Shown here: in pieces, positions 16,251 through 24,118 of the stretch | Layout: every line of letters starts with the position of its first letter | Numbering within the stretch: the stretch's first letter is position 1 | From: a bacterium | GTDB lineage: Bacteria; Hydrothermota; 32-111 | Assembly (NCBI GenBank): GCA_046484245.1 | Contig: JAWOBN010000068.1 | Location: 1 to 42,262, forward strand | Reading direction: 5' to 3' | Length of the DNA: 42,262 nt | Position numbers and translations under genes: made by a program | Notes under the pieces: model-generated | Databases searched by the model: none | Told to the model about the DNA's origin: nothing | What the model saw: only the letters and a program-made list of their open reading frames with translations

Positions 16251-17192
16251 ATGTCAATGAAATGGCTCATTTCAATAATTATAATAATTTTGATTTCCTG
16301 CAGTACAGGTCATATTGAACTGGATATTGACAGAGAGAGTAAAATACCGCAAGGAAATGAGAAAATAATGCCGGAAGATGACCAGTTTCCGCCTATAGTA
16401 CATTCATCCGGTTACGCAGAACCCGAGCCGATTGCAGGTCCTTTCAATACAGCAGGGGCTGAAGATTCACCTTTCATGTCTTCTGATGGACTGAGGTTTT
16501 TCTTTTTCTTTACACCTGACCTCAATATACCGGCTGAAGAACAGATAACAGACAGTGTAACGGGTATATGGTATTCTGAAAAAGAAGCAGGGAGCTGGAC
16601 AGAGCCGCAGAGACTCTATCTTGAAGGACTGGGGACATTGGATGGATGTGCTTTTATGGAGGCGGATACATTGTGGTTCGGTTCAGTCCGAACAGGTAAT
16701 TTTGGTGAAGTGGATATATATAAAGCATATTATGATGGTGAGTGCTGGACTAATGTGGAGAATGCAGGTGAATTACTCAATGAAACTTATGATATAGGTG
16801 AACCGCATATATATAAAGACACAATGTATTATGGTGCTCAAAACAATGGAGATTATGATATATATTTTACAGTACATAATAATGGGACATGGTCAGAACC
16901 TTTGACTGTAAACAATATCAATGAGCCGGATAGGAATGAGAATCTGCCTTTTATTAATTCAGATGGAACAGAACTGTGGTTTACAGGAGAGAGTTCTATG
17001 GGATATACAGGACCTGCTGTCTACAGATCTTTGAAAAATGATACCGGATGGGGAATCCCTGAAGAAATAATATCCAATTTTGCAGGTGAACCTGTTCTTG
17101 ATAATGACGGCAATATTATTTTTGTCCATCACTTTTTTGATTCTTCAGGAATACTTATAGAGGCTGACATCTATATCAGTGAAAAGCAATGA
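16251..17192 (+). CDS. Lipoprotein with PD40/WD40-like beta-propeller repeats
   Basis: Lipobox-like ISC; repeats NTAGAEDSPFMSSDG, DIY....W..P and ENLPFINSDG.ELWF; SD AAGGAG. Confidence 0.75.
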   Translation: MSMKWLISIIIIILISCSTGHIELDIDRESKIPQGNEKIMPEDDQFPPIVHSSGYAEPEPIAGPFNTAGAEDSPFMSSDGLRFFFFFTPDLNIPAEEQITDSVTGIWYSEKEAGSWTEPQRLYLEGLGTLDGCAFMEADTLWFGSVRTGNFGEVDIYKAYYDGECWTNVENAGELLNETYDIGEPHIYKDTMYYGAQNNGDYDIYFTVHNNGTWSEPLTVNNINEPDRNENLPFINSDGTELWFTGESSMGYTGPAVYRSLKNDTGWGIPEEIISNFAGEPVLDNDGNIIFVHHFFDSSGILIEADIYISEKQ

Positions 17193-17232
17193 TATATATA
17201 AATATAGATGAATTTGTGTTAAAGGAGGATAT

Positions 17233-17829
17233 GTGATAGAGTCACCTGTATTTACCTGGATTATACTGCCTCTGCTTATTATTATTGCGAGGATTGTGGA
17301 TGTTTCCATTGGAACAATAAGGATTATTATAGTGGGTAAGGGATATAAGTACATTGCCCCCATACTGGGTTTCTTTGAGGTGCTTATCTGGCTTATTGCT
17401 GTCAGCCAGATACTGAGCAATTATGCCGGTCCCATTACATACATAGCTTATGCAGCAGGATTTGCTGCAGGTAATTATATAGGCATTATCATTGAAGAAA
17501 AACTCTCAATGGGTCTTTTTATTATGCGGATAATTTCAGGACAGGGCACCAATGATCTGTGCAAGGAGCTATCAGAGAGGCACTTTGGTGTCACAAGGGT
17601 TCAGGCAGAGGGGGCCAGAGGTCCTGTTGAACTTATCTATGTTATTATCAGAAGAAAGGATATGCCTGAGATAAGAGAGATAATTTCACATGTCTCACCG
17701 GGCATATTCTATACAATTGAGGATGTGCGTGCAACCAGTGAGGGCATCTTCCCGCCCGGTGAAAAACGGATAAGCAGAAAATTCTTCAAGAAGAAAATGA
17801 GCAGAATAGGGCTGAAAAAGGGAAAATAG
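17233..17829 (+). CDS. UPF0316 (DUF5698/DUF2179, YebE-like) membrane protein
   Basis: ARIVDVSIGTIR, LGFFEVLIW, YAAGFAAGNYIG, GVT...G.G; SD AAGGAGG. Confidence 0.9.
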   Translation: MIESPVFTWIILPLLIIIARIVDVSIGTIRIIIVGKGYKYIAPILGFFEVLIWLIAVSQILSNYAGPITYIAYAAGFAAGNYIGIIIEEKLSMGLFIMRIISGQGTNDLCKELSERHFGVTRVQAEGARGPVELIYVIIRRKDMPEIREIISHVSPGIFYTIEDVRATSEGIFPPGEKRISRKFFKKKMSRIGLKKGK

Positions 17830-17885
17830 AGGCGGGCTTTAATCCTGAGTAAACCTCAGTAAACATGTTTATTGTTGGAGAGGAT

Positions 17886-17910
17886 AATGGCTGTCAGATA
17901 GACAGCCATT
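17886..17910. terminator. Hairpin between convergent genes (likely bidirectional terminator)
   Basis: AATGGCTGTC-AGATA-GACAGCCATT, a perfect 10-bp stem. Confidence 0.7.
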
Positions 17911-17921
17911 GAAACTTTTCC

Positions 17922-19514
17922 TTATTTTTTCTTCTCTCTTGCATGAGCCATCACAGGTCTGCTGCTATTGGTCTGACTGTTGAATTTATCAATTATGGAC
18001 TCTGCGTCCCTGAATGGGACTGTGACAAAAGAAAACTTATTCATCACTGCAACATTGCCTATATGCCTTCTTTCAATGCCTGTTTTTTTCACAAGCATAT
18101 CAATCAGTCCTCTTTTGGACAATTTATCCTTTCTCCCCATTGCAATGAAGAGCCTTGTTGTGCCTTTGCCTTCAACTGAGCTGCTGCTGTGCAGACTGGA
18201 ATAATTATCCCTGTCAAACTCATCCTTCATTGTATGTTTCAGGAGTGCGGACAGAACATTGACAGGTTCATAACCTTCAGCAAGTATCTCTTCTGCAATA
18301 TCCATGTAATCAGTATGTTCATCCTCATTGATAATTGATATGAGCTCGTCTTTCACCCTGTCTTTCTTTGACTGTATAATATCGTCAACATCAGGTAATC
18401 TGCCTTTCTTGATATCTGTTCTAGCCATTCGCTTGATGGAGCTGAGCCGTTTGTATTCCGACGAGGTGATGAATGTTATTGCTATGCCTTTTTTGCCTGC
18501 TCTTCCCGTCCTGCCGATTCTGTGCACATAAGAGTCCGGATCCTGGGGAAGAGAGTAATTGATAACATGTGTCAGTTCCGTTACATCAATACCCCTTGCA
18601 GCAACATCAGTTGCAACAAGAATATTGATTCTTTTCTTTCTCAGTTTATTGAGTATCTTTTCCCTTTGATTCTGTGAGATATCACCGTGAAGAGCATCTG
18701 CGTCATATCCTCTGTCCACGAGCCTTTCGGCAAGCTTTGATGTTTCTACCTTTGTCCTGCAGAATATCAGACCGTAAAACTCCGGCTCTATGTCAATAAT
18801 ACGTGTTAATGCCTCCAGTCTGTCAGACCTTGCAACCTCAAAGTATATCTGTTCTGTTAATTCTGTGGTGAGCTGCTTTGTTTTTATTACTATTGTCTTG
18901 GGGTTTTTAAGATACTTCTTTGCAAGAGACCTGATTCTTTTGGGAATTGTTGCTGAGAAGAGCATTATTCTCTTTTCTTCCTTATCAGCCATTTTCAGTA
19001 TCTCTTCAACATCATCTATGAATCCCATATTGAGCATCTCATCTGCTTCATCCAGTATGAAATACGAGACATCGTGCAGTTTTAATGTCTTTCTCCCCAG
19101 ATGATCCTTGATTCTCCCCGGTGTCCCGACAACAATATCCACACCCTTCTTGAGTTTCCTCAATTGAAGATGCATGGACTGTCCGCCGTAAACAGGGATA
19201 ATCGTGAACTTTTCTTTGCCTTTCAGGGAATTGATTTCCTCAGCAACCTGAATGGCGAGTTCTCTTGTTGGGGTTAACACTATTGCCTGGGGATATTTGC
19301 CTCCCGGCACAATCATATCTATGAGGGGCAGACCGAAAGCAGCAGTCTTACCTGTGCCTGTCTGCGCCTGAGTGATTATATCCTTTTCATTTTCAAGCAG
19401 AAGGGGGATTGTCTTTGACTGAACATCCGTGGGTTCTTCAAACCCTTTCTTCTCTATTGCATACATTGCATTTTCTGACAGACCTAATGATCTGAACTTT
19501 TCCATACCTTTCAT
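17922..19514 (-). CDS. deaD: DEAD-box RNA helicase with DbpA-type C-terminal RNA-binding domain
   Basis: AQTGTGKT, PTRELA, TPGR, LDEAD, SAT, ATDVAARGID, HRIGRTGRAG; C-terminal RLFIAMGRKD...FSFV. Confidence 0.95.
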   Translation of the reverse strand: MKGMEKFRSLGLSENAMYAIEKKGFEEPTDVQSKTIPLLLENEKDIITQAQTGTGKTAAFGLPLIDMIVPGGKYPQAIVLTPTRELAIQVAEEINSLKGKEKFTIIPVYGGQSMHLQLRKLKKGVDIVVGTPGRIKDHLGRKTLKLHDVSYFILDEADEMLNMGFIDDVEEILKMADKEEKRIMLFSATIPKRIRSLAKKYLKNPKTIVIKTKQLTTELTEQIYFEVARSDRLEALTRIIDIEPEFYGLIFCRTKVETSKLAERLVDRGYDADALHGDISQNQREKILNKLRKKRINILVATDVAARGIDVTELTHVINYSLPQDPDSYVHRIGRTGRAGKKGIAITFITSSEYKRLSSIKRMARTDIKKGRLPDVDDIIQSKKDRVKDELISIINEDEHTDYMDIAEEILAEGYEPVNVLSALLKHTMKDEFDRDNYSSLHSSSSVEGKGTTRLFIAMGRKDKLSKRGLIDMLVKKTGIERRHIGNVAVMNKFSFVTVPFRDAESIIDKFNSQTNSSRPVMAHAREKKK

Positions 19515-19565
19515 TTTTCTCCTTATGTATTTCTTATTTGGGAAATAGCCGGTTAGATTTGCTAA

Positions 19566-19593
19566 ATAATATAGCTAAACAGGTAAATGTCAA
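19566..19593 (-). promoter_or_regulatory. Putative sigma70 promoter of deaD
   Basis: Minus strand TTGACA-N16-TATTAT, about 50 nt upstream of the start, which has an AAGGAG SD. Confidence 0.55.
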
Positions 19594-19715
19594 CCCTTAA
19601 TCATGCAACTGTCAAGCTCAAAACCAAATACCTCTCTTTGAGGTAAATCAATATCTCACCAAACATATACCAAAAAGCCTTCATCCTCCTCTAATCCCTT
19701 AGATCCAAAATTTTG

Positions 19716-19852
19716 GGGACGGTGGTTAATTTTGTCAATTTAACTTTTTAATAAACAGAATTATAGCGCAACATAACATTTACATAAAGCAATTAATTAC
19801 GTAAGTTAAGAAATAGCAGAGGACTTAAATTGACAAAATTAACCACCGTCCC
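19716..19852. repeat. Palindromic element E1 with perfect 28-bp terminal inverted repeats (MITE/REPIN-like)
   Basis: GGGACGGTGGTTAATTTTGTCAATTTAA (19716-19743) is the exact reverse complement of 19825-19852; 81-bp AT-rich spacer. Confidence 0.9.
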
Positions 19853-20040
19853 TTTAACTTTAAAACAGTGCTATTAAGATGACATAAGAAGATTTCTTTG
19901 CAGCTGGTCTTTCTTACATTGAGCCGGAGGCTGATGGCTTAAGGCAGACAGCCACTATAAGATACAAATAGATTCTGCCAAAAACAGCCCAAAACCCGCT
20001 ATAACCTAAGCTAAAACTTGATTTACACGACATTCTGTCC

Positions 20041-20194
20041 AAATCCCGGGGACGCCCCTTTACAATGTCGACATTTTTGTTACGCAATAATATAATTTAT
20101 GATCCATAATTCAGTTAAATTACAATATGGCCTAAGTTAAAACATATCGTGGTCAAATAAATGTCGACAATTTCAACATACGTCCTTGGGAATT
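20041..20194. repeat. Palindromic element E2 with imperfect 36-bp terminal inverted repeats, same geometry as E1
   Basis: Arms 20041-20076 and 20159-20194 match at 26/36 positions by hand alignment, including GGACG and TGTCGACATTT. Confidence 0.75.
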
Positions 20195-20330
20195 GGAGGA
20201 AATAGGGCGGGATAATAATTATGAATACTTAAATCCGGCAGGAGAGAAGGAGGTGTGTATTGGTTATGTCAAATAATAATCCCCGGGATTTGGATGCAAT
20301 TTGCCTTGGTATTCTCTGATTGGAAACTGC

Positions 20331-21233
20331 TCAGCCAACCGTAAAACTGTTCTTTCCTCTCTTCTTGCTCTGATACATTAGCATATCTGCTCTTTCAATA
20401 TTCTTTTCAATGGATATACCCCTGTCAATAAAATCAGCTCCAATGGATACTGTGCATCCAATCTCTCTGCCATTATAAATTATACTGGTGCCTCTTATCA
20501 GTTTGAGGATCTTCTCTGCTATAAATCTGAGTTCTTCATTATTGACATCTTCAATGAGAGCTACGAATTCTTCACCACCCCACCGTCCGACAATATCATA
20601 CTTCCTCACTGAATTGAGCAGGGTCCGTGCAACATTCACCAGGAGTCTGTCACCTGCATTATGACCGTATGTGTCATTGAACTGCTTGAAATTGTCAATG
20701 TCTATGAAAATGATTGCCGATTTCACGGACTCCCTGTCTGACTTTTCCATATGCTTCTTTATCTCCTCTTCAATATACCTGCGGTTCGGTATGCGGGTGA
20801 GGGGATCTATCAAAGCAAGATTCTGCAGGTCCTTGATCTTCTCCTGATAGAAGAATTCATTGGATTTGTTCTTGATAATCTCAATAAACCTGAGCAACTG
20901 ACCATTATCATCCAATACCTTTATAATCGTGCTTATTACAGGGAATCTATGACCGCTTTTATGTTTTATATAGAGAAAATCCGTTGAAATGCTGCCGGAC
21001 TGCATTGCCTTGGAGTAGGGGCATTGATCTGTTTTGCAGAGAAAATCACCGGATTCATTTGTATGCATAAGCGCCTGATTGCATGTTTTCCCCTCCACTT
21101 CTTCAAGGGAATATCCTGTGAGCATTTCCATTGTGCTGTTCCAGTACTCAACACCTGTTGTACTGTTACGGATCACTATACCATCTGAGACATGACTGAA
21201 TATAAGTTTTGCTGTCTTCTCATCAATATGCAT
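20331..21233 (-). CDS. PAS-domain diguanylate cyclase
   Basis: PAS (YWN...LTGYS.EEV.G), DPLTRIPNRR, DIDNFK..ND.YGH, RKYD I-site and GGEEF. Start placed at ATG 21233 from promoter geometry. Confidence 0.93.
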   Translation of the reverse strand: MHIDEKTAKLIFSHVSDGIVIRNSTTGVEYWNSTMEMLTGYSLEEVEGKTCNQALMHTNESGDFLCKTDQCPYSKAMQSGSISTDFLYIKHKSGHRFPVISTIIKVLDDNGQLLRFIEIIKNKSNEFFYQEKIKDLQNLALIDPLTRIPNRRYIEEEIKKHMEKSDRESVKSAIIFIDIDNFKQFNDTYGHNAGDRLLVNVARTLLNSVRKYDIVGRWGGEEFVALIEDVNNEELRFIAEKILKLIRGTSIIYNGREIGCTVSIGADFIDRGISIEKNIERADMLMYQSKKRGKNSFTVG

Positions 21234-21239
21234 ATATGA

Positions 21240-21267
21240 ATTATATTCCAACCGTATGTGATTGCAA
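21240..21267 (-). promoter_or_regulatory. Sigma70 promoter of the PAS-GGDEF gene (leaderless geometry)
   Basis: Minus strand TTGCAA-N16-TATAAT-N6-ATG; no SD. Confidence 0.6.
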
Positions 21268-21298
21268 GCAGATAGCAGAAGAAATTCAGATTATTTTG

Positions 21299-21326
21299 TT
21301 GATTATTGAATTTATCTGTCTATAAT
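21299..21326 (+). promoter_or_regulatory. Sigma70 promoter of the TPR gene (leaderless geometry)
   Basis: TTGATT-N16-TATAAT-N6-ATG(21333); no SD. Confidence 0.55.
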
Positions 21327-21332
21327 TTAATT

Positions 21333-22556
21333 ATGAGAAAGAATATTGAACAGCAGAAGCTGTTTATCCAAGCCCTTATTTCACGGGGTGAGATACTCTC
21401 TTTTCTGGGGAATAATGACAGGGCTTTAGATGACGCGAACAGAGCTGAAGAATACGCCTCCGGAATCAAAGACCCTCTTCTCACCGGTCACAGTCTCTAT
21501 CTCAAATCCAAGATTTTTGCTGCAGCAGCTAAATATGAAGAGATGCGCAGGGTTGTATTGAAGGCTGACAAGATGTATAGAAAGGCAGATAATCTGGCCG
21601 GTCAGGCTGAGTGCCTTCATCAAATTGCCTATATATACGATCACAGCGGTCAATTTGATAAGGCGCATGAGTATTATTTGAAGACCCTTGAATTGCAGAA
21701 ATCTGTGAACAATATCTCAGGGCAGGGTTATATTTACATCAACAGGGGGACAATGTATGACAGCAGGGGCAAGTTCAAAGAGGCATTGAATTCATATAAA
21801 GAGGCAATGAGGCTTTTGAAGAAAGCCGGGGATCTTTACGGCCAGGCATATTGCTTGAATAATATGGGGTTTATCAGGAATGCAATGGGAGACAGACAGT
21901 CGGCATATGATTACTATACAAAAGCATATAAATTGTTTAAAAAAATCGGCGAAGCATTCGGGCAGTCCATGTGTATGAATAATATCGGCAATACACTGAG
22001 CAAAATGGGCAGATTCAATGAAGCTGAATCTTATTTCAAGGATGCAGCCATTATACAGGAGAGAACAAATGATCTGCACGGTCTGTCATATTCCTATAAT
22101 AATCTGGGGAGGATATATCTGAAGAGGAATAAACCGGAACTCTGTCTGGAGTATCTTCTGAAGGCAATGAAACTGCGGGAGAAAATCAATGATAGTTATG
22201 CATGTATGCTGAGCTATTACAGTGTAGGCAATATGTATAATAGAACAGGCAGAATAAAAGAGGCAATTGCCTTGCTCAAGAAATCACTGAATCTCAGTGA
22301 AGACCTCAAGGTCCCGGGTTATTATATAAGTGCTTCAGCAAATCTGGGGAAGATCCTTGTTTTGTCCAATATGGTTGATGAAGGTATTTCTTATTACCGC
22401 AGATCATTGAAGAAAGCCATTGAAACACAAGCCAATGATAAAGTACAACAGGTAGCAGAGGCTATAAGGAGCATTATATCAGACCACAGAGATATTCTCT
22501 CCTCACATGGCATAAAAAAACTGGAAGAACTCCTCATATATGCAGAGGGGAAATGA
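21333..22556 (+). CDS. Tetratricopeptide repeat protein
   Basis: About 40-aa periodic repeats (NNMG/NNIG/NNLG...G....A..Y..A). Start moved to ATG 21333. Confidence 0.88.
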   Translation: MRKNIEQQKLFIQALISRGEILSFLGNNDRALDDANRAEEYASGIKDPLLTGHSLYLKSKIFAAAAKYEEMRRVVLKADKMYRKADNLAGQAECLHQIAYIYDHSGQFDKAHEYYLKTLELQKSVNNISGQGYIYINRGTMYDSRGKFKEALNSYKEAMRLLKKAGDLYGQAYCLNNMGFIRNAMGDRQSAYDYYTKAYKLFKKIGEAFGQSMCMNNIGNTLSKMGRFNEAESYFKDAAIIQERTNDLHGLSYSYNNLGRIYLKRNKPELCLEYLLKAMKLREKINDSYACMLSYYSVGNMYNRTGRIKEAIALLKKSLNLSEDLKVPGYYISASANLGKILVLSNMVDEGISYYRRSLKKAIETQANDKVQQVAEAIRSIISDHRDILSSHGIKKLEELLIYAEGK

Positions 22557-22655
22557 TTCAATGCTAATGGATTAAATAGGCAGTACAGGTGAACCCCAAC
22601 ATCTTTCTGTTGTATAATGATACACAATCTTCGGGGAATGATTCATCAATAGCAA

Positions 22656-23561
22656 TTATGAAACTGTGAGCATACCCTCAATTGCCTTGAGAGCCCGTTT
22701 GCTTATATCCTTGTTGACAGTAACCTCATATGTATTGCCCTCCAGTGCACGCAACACCTTGGGCAGTGTTATCTTCTTCATATTAGTGCATATTGCCTTG
22801 GGGTTTTCCATTAAGGGGTAGAACTCCTTATCCGGGTAAAGTGTCTGCAATCTGTACACCATCTCATTCTCTGTGCCTATTATCATGGGTCTGTCAATTT
22901 CCCCTGCTTTTTCTATCATGCCGCCTGTTGAGCAGAGATGATCAGACTCCAGCTGCACCTCATGAGGTGCTTCCGGGTGAAGGAGCAGTACTGCACCGGG
23001 ATGGGAATCCCGCGCTTTTCTTACATGAGCAACTGTAAACTGATTATGAACATAGCAGTATCCTGAATAGGGTATTATATGCTTGTCCGTATTATCCTGC
23101 ACATAGGATGCAAGGTTCTTGTCCGGGACAAATATGATATTGTCTGTATCAAGTGAATTAACCACCTTGACTGCATTGGATGATGTGCAGCAGATATCGG
23201 AATATGCCTTGGTTTCAGCTGTTGTATTGACATATGTCACTGTCTTGGCATCAGGATGCTCTTTCTGCAGTTTCTGCAGATGATCCTTGTCAACCATGCC
23301 TGCCATATTGCATCCAGCATCTATATCCGGAATGAGAACTGTCTTTTGGGGTGATAGTATCTTTGCTGTCTCTGCCATGAATTTCACACCGCAGAATACA
23401 ATGACATCCTCTTCCAGTTCAGCTGATTTCCTGCTGAGCCCCAGTGAATCACCCAGATAATCGGCAATATCCTGAATCTCGGGCAATTGATAATTGTGAG
23501 CTATTATTGTGGCATTCCTCTCTTTCTTCAGCTCCAATATCCTCTTAGCAATATCTTCCAT
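22656..23561 (-). CDS. nadA: Quinolinate synthase A
   Basis: IAHNYQ, GDSL, FCGVKFMAETAKIL, YVNT, CCTSSNA, CYVH, HPE, CTNMKK. Confidence 0.97.
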   Translation of the reverse strand: MEDIAKRILELKKERNATIIAHNYQLPEIQDIADYLGDSLGLSRKSAELEEDVIVFCGVKFMAETAKILSPQKTVLIPDIDAGCNMAGMVDKDHLQKLQKEHPDAKTVTYVNTTAETKAYSDICCTSSNAVKVVNSLDTDNIIFVPDKNLASYVQDNTDKHIIPYSGYCYVHNQFTVAHVRKARDSHPGAVLLLHPEAPHEVQLESDHLCSTGGMIEKAGEIDRPMIIGTENEMVYRLQTLYPDKEFYPLMENPKAICTNMKKITLPKVLRALEGNTYEVTVNKDISKRALKAIEGMLTVS

Positions 23562-23563
23562 TT

Positions 23564-24118
23564 CTACTCCTTGATAAGAGTCAAATTATCCGATTCCATA
23601 TAAACAGGCACATTGTCATATATCTTGATAATTGCATCACTCAGACTGTCCTGCCATATAATTGTATCATTGCTCAGAGTTTTAGTAAAGACCGCATCCG
23701 TCTGCAGCATTGTACAGCTGTATAGGGAATCATCCTTCAGGGAGAGATAAAACGGCAGAATGATCCAGTCATTTACCGGATACTTGCCCTGCACATAACT
23801 GGAATCAGAATTCTTGTAGTAAATTGCAAATGAATCCCTGAACAATGTACCGCCTGTATAATTATTGAATGGACCGTTATACTCTGTCTCTATGGAAATG
23901 GGCTTCAATGGTTTCTTATTGATCACTGAGAGGGAATTCAGTTTAATCAGACCAAAATAGGCCTTTGCATTGTATGTCAGTGTGTAGGTATCACTATTGT
24001 TATGAAGTGTGACTTTTGCAGACCCGTCCATTGCAGGCAAATCAAATCTGTAATTTGCACTTACAGGATCCTGATTAAGAGAAAGGCTCATTATTATGAT
24101 AATAATTAAATCAAACAA
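23564..24118 (-). CDS. Hypothetical exported beta-rich protein
   Basis: Hydrophobic N-terminus; overlaps the tyrS stop and abuts nadA, so it lies within the operon. No family recognised. Confidence 0.7.
   Translation of the reverse strand: MFDLIIIIIMSLSLNQDPVSANYRFDLPAMDGSAKVTLHNNSDTYTLTYNAKAYFGLIKLNSLSVINKKPLKPISIETEYNGPFNNYTGGTLFRDSFAIYYKNSDSSYVQGKYPVNDWIILPFYLSLKDDSLYSCTMLQTDAVFTKTLSNDTIIWQDSLSDAIIKIYDNVPVYMESDNLTLIKE

Noticed and set aside
19890..19960. Possible c-di-GMP-I riboswitch (minus-strand GCCTCCGGC near a diguanylate cyclase)
   Set aside because: The GCAAACC...GAAA...GGACGCAAAG core is absent; only a short coincidental match.
19744..20140. dif/pdif-like words (ATTTACATAA, CATAATTCAGTTAAAT) within E1/E2
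   Set aside because: No 11-6-11 XerC/XerD arrangement can be built.
19716..20194. CRISPR array or integron attC sites
   Set aside because: The repeats are inverted rather than direct and regularly spaced, there are no RYYYAAC/GTTRRRY ends, and no cas or intI gene is nearby.
20247..20319. Strong SD (AAGGAGGTG) followed by a ~19-codon ORF
   Set aside because: Very short, with a non-ATG or poorly spaced start and no recognisable product.
22547..22645. Near-direct repeat GGGGA(A)ATGATTCA at both sides of the TPR-nadA gap
   Set aside because: Short and imperfect, with no enclosed structure supporting an insertion.
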